NCBI RefSeq assembly: GCF_022539665.2
Contig: NC_081333.1
Span: 6,696,001-6,760,000 of the forward strand
DNA: 64,000 bases
Origin: Daphnia carinata
Lineage: Eukaryota
Reading direction: 5' to 3'
Shown here: positions 56,601 through 64,000 of the stretch, piece by piece
Position numbering within the stretch: the stretch's first letter is position 1
Layout of the letters: each line of letters opens with the position of its first letter
Made by a program: the position numbers and the translations under genes
The notes under the pieces: generated by a model
Seen by the model: only the letters and a program-made list of their open reading frames with translations
The model's database searches: none
What the model was told of the DNA's origin: nothing

Positions 56601-59401
56601 ATGGCTGATGAAACATCATTTTGCAAGCATTGGTAACTAGCCAACAACTAGTCTTTATTTGGTTTTCTTGGTTTCTGGTACATCAACTACTTGTCTATAT
56701 GTTTTATCATTATTGGATGTTGTGGTTTATTTTACATTGAAAGGGGAACATAATTCTGGGAATTTTTACAGTTCTTATATTTACTCTTACCTAGCAAACG
56801 ATCTGTGTCCTCGGCAACCTTCACCCTACATTCAACTCACTGTGAAAGATTCATACAAATATGCCTAAGCTGCCAAGAACCCATTCCCAAAGCTCAGATG
56901 GAGCAGCATACAAATGATGTTCATAAAGTAATTGACTGCAAGGATTGCAAAGAGAAAATAGAGAGAGGGGCTGAAAATGATCATATGGTTAGTATTCAAA
57001 TTTCAGATCCAAAATGAAGGTTTAATAAACATGGTCATGGTAGTCATCCTGAATTTTTCATAGGCCAATCACTGTGCCAAAAGACTCATCCCATGTGGAT
57101 ACTGTGAAATGCAATGTACCGCTGCTACAATACAAGGCCATGAACTTGCTTGTGGGAGCAGGACTGAAATGTGTGACATATGCAAAAATCACATTCTTAT
57201 TCGAATGTTAAAGACTCATGAGGAACTGCACAAGGGCAGCAGCATAAAACCTACTGATCAACTTAAAAGCATGGATAAAACAAGTGGGATTAAAGAAGTA
57301 TTATCATCAAATTTGGAATCAGAAATGGCTGTTCCAAAGTTTCGTAATGTAGTCTGTCAAAATATCTTACAAGCTTCTGCTGCTTTACCCAGCATACAGC
57401 ATTCAGAAACAAAGAGTAATATTTGCTGTTTCATTGCCTGACACATACTAATAAATGTCATATTTTATTTCTGTATGGAATGTCTGTAGAAAAATGTGAT
57501 ACCTTTGCACATGGAATGGAGGATAAGGAAAAATGTCTTCTTCCGTGTGAATTTTGTGGAACATTGTACTTTGCTGACCAATTAGAGAAGCATCAAATGG
57601 CATGCAATTGGAACAAAGGAAGTTATCCTCGTAGCGAGGCGCGTGCCACGTCTGAACAACCTACCAGTTCTTCTCCCACATTTGACAGAGAAGGTAATAG
57701 AGCAATCTGATGTTGTAGTGAATCATGTTATTTATCAGAGTGTAACTGTTGTTCTCATTCAACTGAACATAGTAGGTTCTTTCAACAAAGACGAAGAATA
57801 CTGGTCTCGTTATGTGGTAGCTTCTTCAAATACGAAGGGAAGCATGGTTGAAGAAGAAATTAGTATTCCGTGCGAAATCTGTGGAATTCCATTTCCGATG
57901 TCATGTTTAGAGCTTCATGAGGTGCTAAAATTAGATTTTGTCGTATATGCATTTTGTAAATCTTTTAACATAACAGATTGCATGCAAATTTTCGAGCATG
58001 TCTACCCAGACTGAAGTCCCCGTACACGGAAAAGAATCCTCAACGCAACGTCCAGCAAGCCCTTACGAAGTTGATAGCGATTACTGGTCCCAGTACACGG
58101 CTGTAGCGTCTGCTGATGAAGAAGACATAGCTGTAGAGGAAATAAGTATCCCATGCGAAAATTGTGGAACGCCTTTTCCCATATCATCTTTGGACATCCA
58201 CGAAGTTTTTAAATTGAGATCGCTCTATTCTCTGAACCTGAACTACAATTTCTTCTACTTATTCATAGATATCTTGCAAATTTTCAAAAGATGCCACCAA
58301 AAGCGGAAAAACAAGTCAAATGAAAGAGAAAATAGGATCAGTAGATTCGACACCCTTACGTCATAATACGCCAGCATTTCTACCGTGCTCTTTCTGCAAT
58401 GTTGTTATTTCATCAAGCACTTTGGATATGCATGAGGTACTGTGCGCTTAGTCCTCATCTAAACACATCAGCAACAATTTTACATTTTAGGCTAGATGTC
58501 GTTCGTTCTCTGAGCAGCAACAATTACGTCGTTCGCTACGTACTAAAGTACAACCCGCCCTCAAGAAAGATCCGCCAAAAAATACCCGCATAGAAAACGG
58601 TGTTCAGCGTACTGTACGCAATAATGCCCTCTTGGCTACTGAAAACCGTTTACCGACAACTCCCAAGATTCAGCAGTCCCAGTACGCCGTTATTCAACTT
58701 CCAAACGGACAAGAAATCTTGAAGAAACGGAATCCGTCTTTTGGTCCAAATGAAATAAATATTGGCCATGTCTTGGGTCACGGGCAACCCCAAGAACTTA
58801 GGGATGATGATACATCGATTCTACATACGGCTGTCTATACTAATCGCAGCAATGGTTTTGGAGGTTCCAACTTTGACCTCAAGCCTAACGGGATGGAAAC
58901 GAAAAAAAGCATGTTTAATGAATACGATCACCAAAAGCATCCAGCACCGATGAACTGTGCTAAAAAAAGTGACGCATCAGGGGTTATTCAAAAAGGGAAT
59001 CGTGCGCAGAAAAATAATGGGATAGCTGCAACTGATCACAACGTTGGAATGCGCTTTACCAAAAAGCCCAACGCTGCATTCAAGAATTATGTTTACCAAC
59101 CCGATCCAGAAAATAAGCTTGGCGGAGGAAATAGCCCTGCCCGTGATAGACGCGAACCCCGAAATGCGATGGCCCCGGAATTTTATTTCCGAACGGAAAA
59201 TCCTGCAGAGGTCGGTCACCAGAATCAAAGAAACGGCGAAATTGTTGGCGATATTCAACAAAATGCAAGGTATGTTTTGTTTTTCCTGATCAACTAATAA
59301 GTATATTATCCTTATTTTGGATAAATTTTTTATTAAGGGATTACAACAATTCTCTTGGGGCGAGACCCAAGCGGCCTCAAAGACCGGCAGACAAGTTTTA
59401 A
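56601..59401 (+). CDS. TRAF-type zinc finger protein (TRAFD1/XAF1-like), multi-exon
   Basis: MADETSFCKHC/KRSVSSATFTLHSTHCERFIQICLSCQEPIPKAQMEQH...CAKRLIPCGYCE...HELACGSRTEMCDICK...LLPCEFCG...LEKHQMAC matches the TRAFD1/XAF1 zinc-finger arrangement. Further PCxxC...HE modules follow. The last exon ends RPKRPQRPADKF* (59399-59401). Confidence 0.85.
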
Positions 59402-59788
59402 AGTGAAACCCTTATTTCTTATCCTTGGAGCTCATTTTGTGCCAATGCTTATTCTTCTATTCAGCACAAATTCGCGTGATTCGAAGCCTCTTGTCAATAA
59501 TATCGTAAGAATTTTGTCGGGTAACTAACAAATAGGGCGTCAAAGAATTATAGTTAACAAAGAATTTTTCGTTCCGTTTTTGAAACTTCGGTGGTGGGCA
59601 TCAAGTTATGTTGTATTATTGTTAAATGATTCTCAATACAGAAATCTGTCTCAGAACGTCACACAAGCATACCAAATAAGAAGAAAAACGTAGCAAATAA
59701 TCAGTCATCTTCAGAAAAAACAGAAGTTGGCCACACATAGTACGGCAAACAAACGGGGATGATCCACGAAAACGAGCGATGAGTTTTA

Positions 59789-60782
59789 CTACGATGGCGA
59801 ATCCGTAGAATGTTGGGGCCTGACATTCAACGAAAGCGATCGTCTACGCCTAGCTTTCAAAGAAGACTTGTCCTTGCCTTTCTTTCCTGTCCCTTTGTCG
59901 GCTCCCGATTTCTTTTTCGCATGAGATCTGTCAACGCATCCGCTTTTAACATACTTGTCCGGTTGGCCATCGTGGCCATTCGCTCCAAAAATGGGAAGCA
60001 TGAGTTGAATGCAGTGGTCACCCGTTCCAGGACGACAAATAATTTTGGGAATCCTCAGCAATGTTGGAATTCCGGTTATGTTGAGATGGTCGTAAAGTAA
60101 TTCTCCCGCACACCGTGTTGTGTTCTTCTGCATTTTCAGAGCTTTCGACAGTTTCAACGAGTTCGGTTTGCGTTGGCAATATCTGTAATTTTGCAATGAA
60201 TTTCTCTTATTAGTGCAATGCGCTGGGATGAGCGAACATGCAAAAGACAATTGTTTAATACTTAGATTTGGAGGCGAAGGCATTTGTGAAAAGCGAAGTC
60301 AGAAGAATGATTGCAATCAACCAATGAGTATTCATCTTCATTGTACGTTTACGGTCTTCTAGTCTGAATTTGAGTATCTACAGTAATGCGACTAGCATTG
60401 GCTACTCTCAAAAGCAGAAATGTACACTAAAAGAGACACACAAGCGTATGATACCCAAACAGTCGAACTACATTGCCTTTATAGCTCAATAAAGACCGCG
60501 AATCTATGCAATCAAGAGTTATCCCGAAATGGGAGTATTTCCCCTTTCACGTATCCGGTACTTTTTTATTAACACTTTTTGGTATAAAGATTGTAGTAGC
60601 TTTTATTTATTGTAGTGGGAGACGCTAGGGGAGGTGGTACGGACAGAGGTTGTTATAGAGCTGAAAAAGGCAAACATAAAGATAACGTATTACGTGATAA
60701 GGAATTCAGTTAAAACTCCGGTATATACCAAATCCCCAATATGATAGGCACTCACAACAGGTAATTTTGCGGACTTAACCAT
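59789..60782 (-). CDS. Putative secreted cysteine-containing protein, 164 aa, 3 coding exons (cystine-knot-cytokine-like, unassigned)
   Basis: Exon 60782-60756 (MVKSAKLPV|gtgagt), exon 60426-60353 (ttttag|CTFLLLRVANASRITVDTQIQTRR cc|gtaaac) and exon 60182-59789 (ttacag|a YCQRK...DSPS*) have compatible phases 0 and 2 and give a signal-peptide-like N-terminus. Confidence 0.65.
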
Positions 60783-63700
60783 TTTTTTTTTCAAATTTCT
60801 CGTTTGATAAAATATAAAACTAAGGATATGATCTCAAGTATTCTAAACATGGGATTATCAAGATTAAGAAATTGTTATTCGAAAGCAAAGGGTTCGCGTT
60901 GATATAAGGAAAACTAATTGATGTATCTGGTTTGTTACTACTTCAGTCGTCTACAGTTACCATTTTTTGTTTTATACGAATAATAACATACATTTTACGT
61001 ATAACATGGGTATAAGTATGATTGATAATATTTTTACTTTTGGCAAAATTTCTTTAAAATTTTTTAAATCAAAAGACATTTAACGTAACTCAAGGCGATT
61101 GGATTTCTGTTTCATTAAGCCTTTTAAAAACCAATTTTGATGGCGTGTAGTTGTGGACGAAGATAAACGTAGGCGACTTGGGTAACCAAGAAGATTACGC
61201 AACAAAGTTGTATGAGGATGACAAATCAGTTCAACAGGCAGGGTTCTACAAAGCTGTAATAATAACTGGATATAAATGATATTGAAAAAGTAGGTCGAAT
61301 GTTTCGTAGTTAGATAACATTTTTCCGTTGATTGCGAGCCTGTCCATAAAGAGAGCAGCTCCATGACAGTGAAATTTCGCGTAATCAGCATACTGTTCAC
61401 GGATAGCTCTCTTTGTAGTCAAGGCTCAATGCAGACACGTGAAGGGTGCGTGATCAGCCAAACCCGATTCAGCGTAGAGGACAAAGAATTTGAATACACA
61501 AATGACAATAAATGGTTGCATCCACGTTACAAAGAAATCTTAACAGATGGGTTGGTCGTATGGGGCTATACACGGAACTGCAAAGGTGGCACGGAGTAAA
61601 CTTGTGCACTGGAAGTGGTAATCCTTATTTTTGCCCAATACCGTCGACTATATATACTACGAAAGCTGGTACGTGAGGAAGCATAAACATTGGTCATTGT
61701 TTCCGCATTTCAATTAGCAGGGTGTTGGGTGAGCTTGGTGGAGAGGGTGGGTTGGAGATTCCGACAGAAAATCAGAAAGGTGTGTGCCTGTTGGCAGCGA
61801 AGGAGACGGGGAAGAAACTATAGCTTTGCTTATACACGTTGCCTGATGATGAAGCAGGAAACGAACTTGAAGAGGGGAAAGAGAATCCCCTTCCTTTCTT
61901 TTTCTTTTATTTTTAACAGAGGAATTAATCTGATCTTCGTAAGAATTTTTTTCTCTTGCTTTCTGTTACATAGTGCCTTGTACAAAAGCTCTATGTTTCG
62001 TTCTTAGTTTATCACATTTGCTGTGATATTTGCTAAGTATTCCAAGCTTAGGTAAAATGAATCATTCAATTCTCCGTATGGAACTTTGCGCACACGGTGA
62101 AAAATGGGAACGAAGATGATTCTGGCATACAGCTCCCTAAGTTGCTCCACTCGCAAACACTTGTATGATGTAAGAAAATTTGCGATTTAAAAACGAAATT
62201 TTATTTCTTGCTAACAGAGGATGTACTGGAGGTTGCAGAAAAATGTGTCAGGTATGGTAAACCAAGTATAAGGAAAAACGCCCTTTTTTCCGCAATACAC
62301 TGTACAACACATGCTGGTGACTTGTTACGTTTTGGAAAGCTAGGTTAATGGAAGTTTGTTCTGTCTGGCAATGATTTGTTACAGCAGTTTTAATGAAAAT
62401 GAAAATTCAAAATTCTTGATTTTGGTTACGGAAGCGAGAGTTCTAATAGAAATAATGCCTCGAAAATCAGCTACTGTTGAACATTTAGTAAGTACAGTAT
62501 AGAACGGCCTTTTAGTAAATTAACGAATATATTTAGCATTGTATTTAAGAAAAGGTCCGAAATTTAACTGCAGCATAAGTACCTACATCAAAGAAACAAG
62601 GGGCATAGTAGCAAGTAACACGGTCCCAATTGCTTTTCTGTCAGCACAAAACATTTGCACCCTCCGTAAGAATTCACACCCTGCCAATTTTGAACTGCAA
62701 GAAGTTGTTCAACAATCAACATTGAGTCGAACTTTGTCAGCAAATTCGGTTTTAATGTTTTAACCGATCGTGCCCACAATAGATTCTGTTTTGAAAATAA
62801 ATTAAAGACATTCCCAGCTTTATTATTTTTTTTTTTTTCTTTTCTTTTTCTTCTTTTTCATTTTCTTTTTCCCCCTTCCCATCGCAATGCCCACCCGACA
62901 CGTCAGGTGAGAGAGCAGATGAGAAACATCCATATGCACACAATGGCCGGGTGCGGTGGGAGCGCCTGAGACGGCATACGAAATATGGCAATCAACCTTT
63001 GGTTTCATTCCTTCCCCTCTGCTCACACCATTCGCTTAAAATAAACTAACCCGACGGAATACATTGATTTATCTTTTTTCCAATTCTCAAGCGAAACTAC
63101 ATACACTTCTTCTGGTGCATTGTGTTTCGTTGAAGCAAGATATAGCTTTTGGTGGTTATTGGTCTGTTACAATGAAACAAAATCATAGCCTAAAAAATTC
63201 ATTTTTTATCCCCTATTTTTCAAATGCGTTTCAACAATAGATTTTTTAAAGAGATTTTTGTTCTCAACCGATGTTACCAACTATTTTTCGGATTGTCTTG
63301 TGAATCGCGGCATCTGTTGTCCACACTTCGAGATTCATATCAAATCATCAATTCCAAAACAATATAATTCAGTAATATTTTTCCGAGTTTTAAAACATGA
63401 CGAATGTTCCAGTACTTATCTAAGCCGCTGAAAATCTGAAGTTAAAAGTGAAAATAAAAGTGACAATGATAAATAATGTGGCTGGATTGGCTTCGATTTT
63501 AGAAACAGAAATAGATACCATATGCCGTTCCAAAAATCGCTCCAGCACTTCAGTAGAGATCGAATATGCAAGAGATCAGCGACCTGAGCGCCTCGACGAC
63601 TCGTTCATCATTCGTGAATCAGCTGTCAGCTTTGTTATGGCTCTTGCGCAGAGCGCTCTCGTCAGTCGTCTATTGACTTTGAATAGTTAACAGTTAGCAG

Positions 63701-63828
63701 CGTAGATAGAGAGGAAAAAAAAATACAAGAAAGAAAATATAAGAAAAAAAAAATACAAGCAAGTCTTTGTTCAGACAACATCAAGAAAAAGTTAAATGAT
63801 CCGGAATCTGTCACTGCTTTTTCCACCT

Positions 63829-63928
63829 TCACATGATGGATGCATAGTGCATAAGCATCTGGATATCACCATATTCCTCTGTTTTTTCTGCAATTTGTCT
63901 AACGTATTGTTTGGTGAAAGGAAGCGTC
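63829..63928 (-). CDS. Possible terminal coding exon of a minus-strand gene extending beyond the window
   Basis: Acceptor ...ctccaag| followed in phase 2 by TLPFTKQYVRQIAEKTEEYGDIQMLMHYASIM*. Composition is protein-like but the family is not recognised. Confidence 0.35.
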
Positions 63929-64000
63929 CTTGGAGATGCAGACGTAAGACGAACATATGTGACGTTAAATGGTTTCATGCAACATTTTACTTGTTTATTT

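Noticed and set aside
60183..60283. N-terminal part of the listed 164-aa ORF (MPSPPNLSIK...)
   Set aside because: Better explained as intron sequence upstream of the acceptor at 60183; the spliced model supplies a signal peptide.
61080..61660. Short ORFs on both strands and a TATA-like element near 61650
   Set aside because: No coherent spliced reading frame; may be the promoter or leader of the gene at 60782, but this cannot be supported from sequence alone.

Overview
Eukaryotic, intron-rich, AT-rich animal DNA with many 60-100 nt GT-AG introns. The style suggests a branchiopod crustacean such as Daphnia; this is an inference and was not checked. No prokaryotic features, CRISPR arrays, rRNA/tRNA genes or recognisable transposase genes were seen. 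Gene models were assembled by hand from splice signals and reading phase. In order: three tandem POMT2-type protein O-mannosyltransferase genes (+; the first is cut by the window edge, the middle one is divergent and differs in two intron positions); a membrane-anchored short-chain dehydrogenase (-); a BAHD1-like BAH-domain chromatin protein (+); a myofilin-like muscle gene with three alternative C-termini (+); AMP deaminase (-) with candidate alternative first exons and cassette exons; a TRAFD1/XAF1-like zinc-finger gene (+) with tandemly duplicated finger exons; and a 3-exon gene (-) only partly captured by the ORF track, encoding a 164-aa putative secreted protein with an IL-17/PTTH/trunk-like cysteine pattern and a basic tail. 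The last is the most novel-looking element. A probable terminal exon of another minus-strand gene lies at the right edge.
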